From assembly GCA_964016885.1 (NCBI GenBank), contig OZ024740.1:319982001-320046000 (forward strand): a stretch of 64,000 nucleotides of DNA. Reading direction: 5' to 3'. This DNA comes from Eledone cirrhosa. Taxonomy: Eukaryota. A model generated the notes under the pieces. That model did not search any database, had not been told where the DNA came from, and saw only the letters and a list, made by a program, of their open reading frames with translations. A program made the translations under genes and the position numbers. Positions 53,075-64,000 of the stretch are shown one piece after another (positions within the stretch are counted from its first letter, which is position 1; every line of letters starts with the position of its first letter).

Positions 53075-54954
53075 TTACCTTTTCGTTTCCTGGAGATTGG
53101 GTTGTTCAATCTCCATTTGGGTGCTGGATGGGGTGTTGGGTGGGGTGGGGAAACCTTTCAACAGGACGCGGTTGATGGGTTTGTGGCAGGGGTTGCCCAC
53201 GTCCTGTGAAAATTTAATTTTTAGGTCTTTATAGGTTTCCATAGAAACCCTTATAAGTTTAAGGTGTGGAGACGATTCTGCCTTGACGAAAGTTTTGCCC
53301 TCCGTCTCCACCTTGGGGTTTTGGGAGATGACCTCCATCAAACTCTTGTTGTTTGTGTTGATGTATGCGTATTGTTGTTTGTGTTTTTGTTGTGTTGTTT
53401 TAGTTTGTTGTTCATCCGGGAGTTTTCTTTTTATGGTGGGTGCTTGTGTTTGGGGTGGTGTTGGTGCTGGTTTTGCTGATAGGGGTATGTTTGACTGTGG
53501 TGTTGTTTGTGTTGTTGTTTGTGTCTGTGGTTGTGTGTGGGTGTTGGTGATTGGAGTTTTGGGGGTTTTGTGGTGTCTCATTTTTTTGTTTTTTAGATTT
53601 CCGCGGTTCTCCCTCTTCTTCACTTAAAGAAGGAGAAGCAGCTTCATCCGTCGATGAATAATCATCGTCAGGTGTGTGGGGTAAGGGTATGTTGTGTGGT
53701 GGTGGTGGTGTTTCGGTATGTGTGTTTGTGGTAGTGTTTGATGGAGTGGGATGGATCGGGGATGTGTTCTTCGGGGGTGTTGTCTCTGTTTTTTCTGTTG
53801 TTGTTGGTTGAGTGTCTGTTTGTTTTGGTGTGGTTGCTCGTTTCGTCTGTCGTTGTACTTGTGGTGGTGGTGGTGGTTGTTTTGGTGTTGGTGTTGGTAA
53901 TAGCGTTTTTTTATGATGTTGTTGTTGTGTGTTTGTGGACAAGAGGCTTTTAGGTGAGCTGTGCTACCACAGCGAAAGCAATGAAATTTTCGTCCTTCCA
54001 CCGAAATGTTTATTTTGTTGTTATTATCAATAACGACCCTTTCGGGTATTTTGGAGATTCTCTCCGGTTTCATTTGCAACAGAATCTCCAAATCTGTGCC
54101 CGCCCACCTTTGTCGAATAGATTTTCGTATCGAAAGTATTATGTCTGTTTCTGGCTCTACGAAGCCAGCCAAGATCCACCAGATGTTAATGCTTGGAGGT
54201 ATGTTTTTTATTTTTATTTTTTGTGTCCTTTTCCCCATGTATGTAGGGAAAAAGGTGTATGCTTTTGACACTATTGGTGTCACAGAGTTTTTTGGGCGAG
54301 TGCCTCGCTTTTAAACAGTACGGAAACACTTCCGTACTGTTTTCCTCGCTGGAGAAAATCGACATTTGCTAGAATTTCCTTGAAAGAATCTTCTATATCT
54401 GCTTGATTAACAAATGTCGGTTTTCTTGACGAATTTGACACAGTCCTAAAAGTGACTGATCGGCGGTTTGTGTCTTCCTTTATTTCAAGGGGTGAGTTAA
54501 TTCTAAACCCACCTCTTTCTTCGAAAGTTACAAATTTTCTCCCTTGCTGGAGCATATCTCTTGCGTCGGAGATATCAAGATTTATAAAATCTTGTTTCTT
54601 GTTGACTGTGTCAGCGAAAGACATTTTCTTTTTTTGTGTGGTGTTGTTGTTGATGATGATATTATCGTTGTTGGAAACTTTATGTGTAGATGTATCTGTA
54701 GAGTTGTTGATATCTTTTTCATGTGTATGTATGTCAATGGGTTTTTTTGCTGTGTTTTCCTGTGTGTTATTGTTATTTTTCTCCGCTTCGGCGGTAGAAA
54801 TTGTAAAATTTTCAAATGTTAATATATTTTTTTCTTTTGTGACAGTTGTATCTATGGCGACGTCCATAGTAGCAGAAGCAGATATAACGTTAATATCTGC
54901 CTCTTTCTCTCTCTTTTCTCTATTAACGTTCTCCAGCGTTCTAGTGTTGCTCAA
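53075..54954 (-). pseudogene. LINE ORF1 (nucleic-acid-binding protein with CX2CX4HX4C knuckle and long Thr/Pro/Gln-rich tail), split by three frameshifts
   Basis: Overlapping pieces 54280-54954, 53624-54283, 53412-53942 and 53075-53623. Knuckle CFRCGSTAHLKASC at 53939-53980 is preceded by ISVEGRK. It sits directly upstream of ORF2 on the same strand. Confidence 0.82.
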
Positions 54955-55171
54955 GTTTTTTACTTTGTAAAATCTTATATTTTAAAACAAATTTTTAAAA
55001 TAGAATTTTCGCCCCTACAGGGGCAAAAAATGGGATTACCACCCACCTGACAATTCAGCTTGGGGGTTAATCTACAAAGTGTTGTGTTTTTTTTAAACAA
55101 TTAGATCGGTTTTTTGCATAGAAATTAACAAAAAACTTGCCGGCGATGTTCCACACGTCAGACAGAAAGAG

Positions 55172-55172
<1 letters not shown>

Positions 55173-55239
<67 letters not shown>
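55173..55239. repeat. (GATA)n microsatellite at the LINE 5' junction
   Basis: About 16 perfect GATA units. Confidence 0.97.
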
Positions 55240-55291
55240 TGATACTTACATATGAATTCACAGATAACATTGGTATATATCCACAGAACAG

Positions 55292-55511
<220 letters not shown>

Positions 55512-55917
55512 TGTGTTTAGTTTTACAAACCAGATAAAATGAACTCATTACATTAGAAAGATTCGTGGTAAGAAACCTTCAAGAGAGCTGAACAGCAGGT
55601 CTTCAGAAAAGAACCCGACCCCCACCAATCCAAGCGAGTGTTTTGGTCCTTAACTTCTTACATTCTAAGTGGGCCGGGCCACATCTAGGTTATGTCTCCT
55701 GGGTGACGTCCTCCTGAGATTTAACCTTTTTGATATCAGAGACTTGTCTATTTAAACCGTATGGAGATTTAGCTGGAACTCCTCTCCGTTGCCTAGTCTT
55801 TCCCAAGCCTTCATCAAGCCGGACCTTATTCCGATTTCATTGGCGTTAAACGACTGAGATTATAAGACTTCCTCCCAAACATGACACGAGTCCATCTCTG
55901 GCTTAGCCTCCAAATAC

Positions 55918-56000
55918 TGCTGGTGCTTATTTTCAGCTGAGTGGACTGAATCAAGGTGAAATGAAGTGTTTTGCTCAAAATCTCATTGCATCACTCGGTC
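55918..56000 (-). mobile_element. SINE fragment
   Basis: CAGCTGAGTGGACTG..GTGAAATGAAGTGTTTTGCTCAA resembles, from memory, the reverse strand of a cephalopod SINE core. Confidence 0.45.
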
Positions 56001-56163
56001 TAACAATCTGACCACACTGCCAAGCGCCTTCCTATGATTACATAAAGCAAAATATTATGTTTTATTAGCTGAAATGCCAATGTTAAGTGCATTTGCACGA
56101 AAATCATATCGCTTGAATCACAGTAGCTCCTCTCTTGATATATACACACACACACGCACGCAC

Positions 56164-56198
<35 letters not shown>

Positions 56199-56199
<1 letters not shown>

Positions 56200-56381
56200 T
56201 TGTTTCTACTTTAGGCACAAGGCCAGCAATTACCCAGTTGATTACTGGTACTTTATTTTATCGACCCCGTAAGGATGAAAGGCAAAGTCAACCTCGGCGG
56301 GATTTGAACTCAGATCGTAAAGGGACGTAACTATGCTGGAAAGCATGGCATCCGACCCTCTACCGATACTGCCAATCCACC
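56199..56381 (-). mobile_element. tRNA-derived SINE, nearly complete
   Basis: Minus strand: A box TGGCAGTATCGG, B box GAGTTCAAATCC, central GCCTTTCATCCTTACGGGGTCGATAAAATAAAGTACCAG (Meta-SINE-like domain, from memory), and 3' end GCTGGCCTTGTGCCTAAAGTAGAAAC. Confidence 0.8.
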
Positions 56382-56433
56382 AATAACACGCATATATATA
56401 TATTATTATTATATAAAGTACCAGTATTATTAT

Positions 56434-56491
56434 ATAAAGTACCTGTAATACACTGGGATAATTGCTGGCCTTGTGCCAAAAGTAGAAACAA
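56434..56491 (+). mobile_element. 5'-truncated 3' end of the same SINE family, opposite orientation
   Basis: AAAGTACCTGTAATACACTGGGATAATTGCTGGCCTTGTGCCAAAAGTAGAAACA is a close reverse complement of 56201-56254. Confidence 0.8.
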
Positions 56492-56744
56492 TTATTATAT
56501 AAATATATATATTATACATATACACACACACTCACACACATATATGTATATTAATACATACATGCGACAGTAAATAAGTTATAAACTCTGTCTTGGATAC
56601 GTTTATATATATGCTTGATTAATTGTAGTTATAGTTGTATTTGACCATAGCATATAGATATATATTTAATAGATGTGTATGTAAGCATGTGTGTGTGTGG
56701 ATCAAGTTTGTTCTTATAAATATGTATATGTGACAGTAGAATTG

Positions 56745-57020
56745 GCAAGACAAGAGCCATATTCCAGCACATGCATTGAATCTGTAAGTAAAACGGGAAT
56801 ATCAGTATTAAAATAAAAATCTAACTTTTAGTGCAAATATTTTGCCAGTAGTTCTGTATGGCAGTGAAAGATGGAAGATGGGAGCAATGGTGACTAAGAA
56901 TTTGGACACTTTTCACTAATATTGCCTATAGAAGAACTTCAAGGTCACATAGGAAGATAGTTCTATATGGCAGTGAGACGTGGAAGATAACAGAAATGGT
57001 GACTAATAAGCTAGACAAAT
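56745..57020 (+). pseudogene. Decayed RTE-clade LINE fragment (post-RT region) with internal duplication
   Basis: Translates NILPVVLYGSERWKMGAMVTKNLDTFH*YCL at about 56837-56929. A second copy, VLYGSETWKITEMVTNKLD, lies at about 56960-57016. LYGSETW is characteristic of RTE/BovB-like ORFs. Confidence 0.7.
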
Positions 57021-57453
57021 CAATGTTACTTGAGAAGACAAAACCACAAATTCTTCATCTCAAAGTATACTTCACCAGGCCAGATCTGTAGCTGACCTTC
57101 TACAAAGCTCAGCTGTTGACAAAATGGTGTACTACTTCCATATCCGTGACGGTATGTATCCAAGTAGGTCATCAAATTAAATAGCAGATTGATTCAACAA
57201 TGCGCTTTAGCAACGCTAGCTCATATTCAAGTTGTCCACAACCTCTCACTTTATCTCTCTCTCTATATATATATGGATATGTATATATATATGGGGTGGG
57301 GGTGTATGTGTGTGTTATGAAAATATTGGTATATAAAAAAATATATCAACTTACAAATAACCCTCAAGGTTCTTAAATTTCCAAACAGAGGGAACTCACG
57401 AGAAATTGTTATTGGTACAACAATTTAGATATCTTGTACAAAAGACATTATAC

Positions 57454-57454
<1 letters not shown>

Positions 57455-57533
<79 letters not shown>

Positions 57534-57546
57534 GTGTGTGTGTGTG
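57455..57546. repeat. (TA)n(TG)n microsatellite
   Basis: Direct inspection. Confidence 0.95.
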
Positions 57547-57618
57547 TTTTAGAGATTAAAGTTTAAGCAAAGAATCGCTGCTTTCACACTTTTACGAAAT
57601 CTTCATATATATATATAA

Positions 57619-57708
<90 letters not shown>

Positions 57709-57717
57709 CAGAGAGAG
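57619..57717. repeat. (GA)n microsatellite
   Basis: Direct inspection. Confidence 0.95.
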
Positions 57718-57894
57718 AATTATTAACAAAGATCGTTGATATTATGTCAACGGTCCCGGCCAATGAATCTGTTAAATTGCAGTAATGCAACTGCAACTAG
57801 CTGTTCAGAGTGCACACATTTTAGTTAATAGCAGGAACGGGGCTGTGTTTTGGTAGAGATAAAATTAAGTATATATATATATATATATACATAC

Positions 57895-58911
57895 ACACTC
57901 ACTGTTTTCAAAAATATGATAAACAACATAAACAATAACATACAATGCACAATGGAATCCAACTCCAAGGAATTAGCCTTCTTGGATATCCTTATTTTAA
58001 AAATAAGATGGGAAAATAGAAACAGACATCCTTTATAAACCCACGGACTCCAAACTCTACTTCCACTGCACATCAAGTCACCCAAAACATACAAAACTTA
58101 ACATTCCTTTTAACTTAGCCAAACGTATATGCACCATAGTATCAGATCCAACTAAACGAGAACAAAGACTAAATGAACTAAAAACACACTTACCTTAAGA
58201 GCCTTCCCACTTGACATAATTAATAACGGAATAGATAGAACAAAACACGTAAATTTTCATCCACTTAACGATCCAAAGCACAGAACCACAAACAACACCT
58301 TACCAAATGTATCCACCTTCAACCCCAGAAACACCGAAATATTCGACCAGCTACACAAAAACCTCCCCATTCTATTTAAAGATGAAAAGATGAAAAAAAT
58401 CCTAGAAACACACAAGATCATTAAAAGGAAAAGGCAACCCAAATCACTAAACCACATTCTTACGGCAACAAATATACACAAACCAATCTACAGCCTTACG
58501 GTAACAAAATGTGGAAGAACAAATTGTGGCACATGCCTATACTTAATTGAAGGACAAAATTTCGCGTTTAAAGATGACCAAACTTTTACAGGGAAAAACA
58601 ACTTCACTTGTAACTCAGAGAATCTGATCTATGTAATAACATGCGGTGGCTGTCGACATAACTATATAGGACAGGCGAGTGTGTCATTATGCAAAAGAAT
58701 GACCATCCATCGCCAACAAATCCGAGACGTAAACACAAGAAAAATCCCCTTAAGTACCCACATTACAGATTGTGGAGGAATGACCCTACCCAACTTTCAA
58801 ATCTCCCCCCCCCCCCCCCTTTATAAGTGCTCAGATTCTTTCACCCAACAACAAAATATAAATATAGAAAAACCATTTATTAACAAATTTAAACCAAAAT
58901 TAAATATGTAA
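57895..58911 (+). pseudogene. Penelope-like element remnant: RT C-terminus/thumb and GIY-YIG endonuclease, 5'-truncated and frameshifted
   Basis: NINNNIQCTME..ELAFLDILI; ETDILYKPTDS; SHPK..NIPFNLAKRICTIVSD; then ORF 58390-58911 with CGRTNCGTC, TCNSENLIYVITCGGCRHNYIGQ, KRMTIHRQQIR and the terminal FINKFKPKLN. Confidence 0.88.
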
Positions 58912-59009
58912 TCACCCCCATTAGATTATTCATAAGGACTTATTGATTTAAGCACATACACAGATACAGACAGATCGATACATTTGCACACATACACGTG
59001 CGTGTATGT

Positions 59010-59235
<226 letters not shown>

Positions 59236-59480
59236 TCACACATACGCACGCATACCCTCTAAAACAATATTCATAAAATAGAATTTCTTTTACAATTTTA
59301 TACTTTTGACAATCCCATATACCTCTCTCCCCTATAGCAATTGCCTCTAGCTTACATTTCCCCTCTTCGCCACCCCCATCTAAAGTCTTGATCAGTCCTT
59401 TAACAGAATTGAGATATCCACACATATATATAGAAAAATTTCCTCTCCCTAAAAATAATTTTGTCCTGTGAAAAGACACA

Positions 59481-59492
59481 ACTACCACCACC

Positions 59493-59530
<38 letters not shown>

Positions 59531-59548
59531 GACTACTACTACTACTAT

Positions 59549-59590
<42 letters not shown>

Positions 59591-59747
59591 CACCACCACC
59601 ACCACTACTAGTACTACGACTACTACGACTACTACGACTACTACTACTATTACTACTACTACTACCACCACCACCACCACCACTACTACGACTACTACGA
59701 CTACTACGACTACTACTACTACTAATACTAATACTACTACTACTACT
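59481..59747. repeat. (CTA)n/(CCA)n/(CGA) compound trinucleotide repeat
   Basis: Direct inspection; includes a repeated CCA-to-CTA block. Confidence 0.95.
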
Positions 59748-60076
59748 GTGACTACCTCTCTCTATATACAGTAAGGTTCCATATTCTCAAGAAGAAAGCT
59801 GAACAGACCTTCAACACTTAATTTTAAATTTTTTATTTTTACGTAATTCTTTTTAATTATTTTTAATTGTAATTTTAACATTTCATAAGATGGATTACAT
59901 CGAAACCAGTTATATTTTATATATTTTATATACATTATAAAATTCTTTTTTTTTTTTTAAATTGTTCCTCTCATTTTTTCAATAATGTCACTTTGACGGA
60001 TCAAAGAAGAAAAACAGATCCTTTAAATATTTGTCCGTGCTATTTCCAATTCAACTTCCTCTCTCTCTATGTATAA

Positions 60077-60784
60077 GGTATATGGTCTTTAAAGCGATGA
60101 AATACCGATGATGGTCGGAAGATCACTGATGAAGGACTAACTTTATTCATATGTAACCCATTTGCAACCACGCAGCACGTTTATTCTCATAATTACACAT
60201 ATATTTCCCCCTGCTGTGACTCGTCTATTTCGTTCTTACTGCTTCCTCTTTCTCTGTATCTTTACCCTCTCTAACAGTCACTCTCTCTGTTAGCCTCTTC
60301 CTCACCCTTCACTCACTCACTCTCTGTTACTACCTCTCCTCCTCCTCCTTCTTCCCGTTTGACCTGTGCGTAATTCTTTTCTTTCGCACCATTGGTCAGG
60401 CAGGTTCGCTTTTTTTTCTCTCTCTCGTCTACGATTTCACAGAACTTATGTTCACCGAATTCATGGACTGGACTCCTTCTTCCTCCCGTTTGACCTGTGC
60501 GGAATTCTTTCCTTGCTCACATTTCAACCAGGTTTGATGGTCTTTATTCTCTCTCGTTCACGATTTCACCGAACTTATATTCATGGAAATTTGGGACTTG
60601 ACTCGTTCTTCCTCACTTTTCGTTGCTTTACCATCTTTGTTTGTTTACACTCTCGCTGTTCCCTTTATTTACGTGTCCCAACGACTTTCTTTAGCCGTTT
60701 CTCGCACCAACCGGAGGTATATGGTCTTTAAAGCGATGAAATACCGATGATGGTTGGAAGATCACTGATGAAGGACTAACTTTA

Positions 60785-60791
<7 letters not shown>
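60077..60791. repeat. About 715-bp element with ~75-bp direct terminal repeats and an internal ~128-bp tandem duplication
   Basis: AGGTATATGGTCTTTAAAGCGATGAAATACCGATGATGGT(C/T)GGAAGATCACTGATGAAGGACTAACTTTATTCATAT at 60077-60152 and 60715-60791. TCCCGTTTGACCTGTGCG.AATTCTTT at about 60353 and about 60485. Confidence 0.75.
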
Positions 60792-60824
<33 letters not shown>

Positions 60825-63325
60825 TTTCCTCTTGAATTACTACAGATTCTGCTTCTCTGGGCTACTCACTGCATACTTCACTTCACACAGTCCCACCCTA
60901 ACCCAACACACTTGTTTCATCCCATCTTCACTGGTGTGTCTCACCTTCCCCACATACCACACTATATATATTTTCCCATACAAATGCACCCTGCCACATT
61001 GTGGTAACCCTCTGCAATTCCTTCCATATCCACATTTTTGTTGCTTTACGGGCGTTGACCAGCAGAAGTTCAAATTGAACAAACTTCTGTTTCCATTTTA
61101 CCATTATCAGACTAAGCATCAACTTTATTCTATATTATTAAAGTGAGTTATTTATTATCTCAACAGTTTAACTTGCTCTCCCCCTCCACACACACACACC
61201 TCTCCACCGCATTCTCACAGTCTTATATATATGTAGACGCCCACATTTTTAAAAACATTTTTAAATACAAATTTTTCACACGCATACATTTAAAACTATA
61301 TATATTTTTAAATGTATATTATTCCTTCATAGCTTCAGCCAGCCAACTACCAAAATGTATTAACCAATGAAATCAAACCTACAAATACACCGACCAATGA
61401 GAATAATTGGCACAAAAGGGAATGTGACTGTTTGAACCCTTACGAAGAATGATGTTCCATAATTCTCCATACTTTTATTTGTGTGTGTGTATCCCGGGTT
61501 CAATCGGGGGTCACCACAGTAAGTAAGGTACTCAATAATACATAGTTTTCAACTAGCAATAGCCACGCCTCGGATACAGAGTATAAATATTTAATATAGA
61601 AATGGCTTCTACAGAACTAGAACTGTTATATATATATATATAACTTTGATTGGTTTCAGCCAGTATTGACCCAGGCCATGTCTAACTTAATAGTACCACC
61701 TGGCGAAGTCTTTCAAATCAGGATTTGGAAACCATGGGCCCACTCGTGTAAACAGATTAATAAACATTAAGATTATTTTTCACATCTGAATTAATAACTA
61801 ATTAAGTGACTTATAGTGAGAGACAACAATAATTCATGTTTCATACCACTACAATTAACATTTATACACAAACACAACTGCAATAAAGTTACCCAGGAAG
61901 GATAAATTCCTAATAATGGGTTTTAATATCTTCAGTGAAACGCTTTATGAAGACAAATATCAATTTCGTGAAGATGACAAGGTAGAGGAGCATATGATGG
62001 GGGATCCGTGTGAAACTTTTAACAGGATAAGCCAATTGGTTTTCATTTTAGCATCAGGAAAGTTCCGGTGTCATTCGGTATTTTCTGCTAAACTCGAAAG
62101 ATTGCTCAAGTTCCTGGGAATCAAGTTTACAATGAAATAGTGGAAGACATCGGCTCTTTTATTGATGCCAAAATACAAACAAATACCTTTTTATTTGAAT
62201 CAAGTTCAGATAAAAATATCGGATGAACAAGAAATAGAAGAAATTAACAATCAAATGTGACCAATCAATTTTTTTCTGAAAAGTTGAATGAATTTGGAAA
62301 ATACATCGATTGCTTCATTCAATATTGTAATGTCACCTCACTGTTGAAAATTGATTGATTAATCAGAGATGATATTTTGATCAAATAGACAGATTCGTTT
62401 GAACAGGAAATTCTTCTGTTGTCAGAAGCAGCACTTTGTGTGAGCCCTCAGCAGCTACTATCTTCTACCACTTACACATCCGTTGAGGATAACCTCAGAC
62501 TTTTAGTAGATGTGCTTATTGCTTGAGAATCATCATTTGTTATACTTTGTTTGAAGAAGATGAATTGCGGGTTAAATGTTTGTTAAGAGACACTAGCGTT
62601 CGTAATATTACAAAGATATCTGAGCTCTCTTTCGTTTCATTCTCCAACAACTGACAACACGTCTACGACCATCTTTGGTGAAATAATTAGCAATGATGTC
62701 TCGGGGTTACTTTAGGTTTCAAGAACTAGCTTTTTAGCTGTTCTGGAATATCATATAACTTCCGAATATTCTTTAGACAAAGACAATCGTGGTTATGGCG
62801 GGGGGACTACTGTGTCTATACTGTGTCTATATATATACATATATCCGTATGTAGTTGACTGCCGAGAGAAAAGAGTACTCAATACCGAAGTAGAATTTAA
62901 ACATTCATTTTATTGAGGTTTGTTATTCTGGCGTTTCGCTTGCTGATGACCCTATGAGAAGCACATATATAGTTAACTGAAGAAAATCAAAAATTTGCTA
63001 ATCAATATATTTAAGCTCGATGAGTTCATGTCGTCCTCCGATAGAAATATAAAAGGGGTGAAGTTTAAGAATAGAAGAAAAGTTCACATATATAACACAG
63101 AGCATGTAAAATATATATTAAAAATGAAACATTCAATCGATGGACACATTCCCTTTTTCTGAGCTTGCCTTTTTTTAGGGTTCGAATTTGATACTCCTGA
63201 AGATCTACATCAATCAATGTTACTTAGCTAGGATCAATATATATATATATACATACATATACATATATGTATGTATAGTATATTTGGCAATATACCGTAT
63301 GTTTAATGTATATGTATGTATAACG

Positions 63326-63483
63326 TCCCCCTTTATTTACGTGTCCCCAACGACTTTTTTTAGCCGTTGTTCGCACCAACCTGAGGCATATGGCCCTTAA
63401 AGCGATGAAATGCCTGGGACGGTTGGAGGGTCACTGATGAAGGACTTACTTTTTCATATGCACCACCATTTGCAACGCGCAGC
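63326..63483. repeat. Third, more diverged copy of the 60-kb dispersed repeat
   Basis: CCCTTTATTTACGTGTCCC.AACGACTTT..AAAGCGATGAAAT..CACTGATGAAGGACT..CATAT aligns to 60660-60791. Its continuation CCATTTGCAAC..GCAGC aligns to about 60158-60176. Confidence 0.8.
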
Positions 63484-63504
63484 CATCATCATTATTATCA
63501 TATT

Positions 63505-63519
63505 TACACACACACACAC

Positions 63520-63577
<58 letters not shown>
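63505..63577. repeat. (CA)n(TA)n microsatellite
   Basis: Direct inspection. Confidence 0.95.
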
Positions 63578-63578
<1 letters not shown>

Positions 63579-63826
63579 GGGATAACAGGTTATCGTTATA
63601 GGCAGTCCACTTAGATGTAGTCCAGTTAGAGTACTCCGTGTAGTGGATGGTATTAACGTATGGCTTAGTTTGACTCAACAAGACGTTTCCATAGTGATGC
63701 TGCCAGTTCGCGGTGATTTCTATGTAGTTTATACTTGGAGTAATAATAATTCAAGAAAGAAGAGTGACATGGTTGGCTATACAATAAGGGCTTTATTCAC
63801 ATTGCTGGCAATTGTTTCTTTGATCT

Positions 63827-64000
63827 GGTAGGTCTAGAGTTCGCTACTCGCTTGATGGTTGCGTCAATCGATCTTTAATACTTTGTTTATAACCAGTCGT
63901 GCTAAAGTCATGCTCTGATGAAACGACTGGTTATAAACAAAGTATTGGAGATCGATTCGATTAACGCAACATCAAGCGAGTAGCGAACTCTAGACCTACC
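63827..64000. repeat. Long inverted repeat (arms of at least 74 bp, 22-nt spacer), truncated by the window end
   Basis: 63827-63900 is the reverse complement of 63923-64000 apart from a few substitutions and small indels. Pairing continues to the last base of the window. Confidence 0.93.

Larger units (their letters stand above)
49381..55170 (-). mobile_element. Near full-length non-LTR retrotransposon (L1/Tx1 clade), about 5.8 kb, inactivated
   Basis: 5' UTR, ORF1 (CCHC knuckle), 41-nt spacer, ORF2 (APE, RT, C-terminal Cys/His motif), and a 3' UTR with AATAAA (plus-strand TTTATT 49384-49389). Motifs PGLDGLPYEYY, RPITLLNTELKILAK, DQSKAFDRVDH, RQGCPLS, YADD and GGLGMP are typical of L1/Tx1 ORF2. 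Confidence 0.93.

Noticed and set aside
49526-54970. Plus-strand and alternative-frame ORFs overlapping the LINE
   Set aside because: Antisense or out-of-frame shadows of ORF1/ORF2 with no recognisable motifs.
49381-55170. Adjacent LINE as the enzyme that built the satellite
   Set aside because: Its 3' UTR shows no similarity to the monomer and it is inactivated. Proximity alone is expected in repeat-rich regions.
61916-62700. Possible decayed coding sequence
   Set aside because: Short ORF, frequent stops and no recognisable domain.
61640-63235. Other hammerhead-like fragments (minus strand GGCTGAAACCAATC near 61650, GCGAAACG near 62935; plus strand CCTGAAGATC near 63196)
   Set aside because: Each has only half of the core and no consistent stems; too degenerate to call.
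63901-63930. Hammerhead in the palindrome loop (CTGATGAAAC)
   Set aside because: CTGATGA and GAAA overlap with no stem II, and the would-be cleavage triplet ends in G.

Overview
Eukaryotic, gene-free, repeat-dominated window, most likely cephalopod (Octopus-like). That assignment is inferred from recalled SINE sequences, not from a database search. About 45.3 kb (851-46130) is one head-to-tail satellite with a 79-bp consensus monomer (about 570 copies; 73/77/80-bp variants) and nested higher-order repeats of about 1.2, 3.4, 3.5-3.6 and 7.7-7.8 kb. It lies between two CAC-rich low-complexity tracts. The array starts as the direct continuation of a ~100-bp unique segment that looks like the body of an interspersed octopus retroposon. 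The monomer looks like that element's 3' end (stem-loop plus AAACAACA tail), so the satellite appears to have been seeded by a SINE tail. To the right is a near full-length but inactivated Tx1/L1-clade LINE on the minus strand (ORF1 with CCHC knuckle; ORF2 APE-RT-zinc finger) flanked on both sides by (GATA)n. Also present are a 37-bp inverted-repeat element, tRNA-derived SINE remnants, an RTE-like LINE fragment, a Penelope RT/GIY-YIG remnant, a dispersed repeat with a CTGATGA core, many microsatellites, and a long palindrome running off the right edge. No intact host protein-coding gene is supported.
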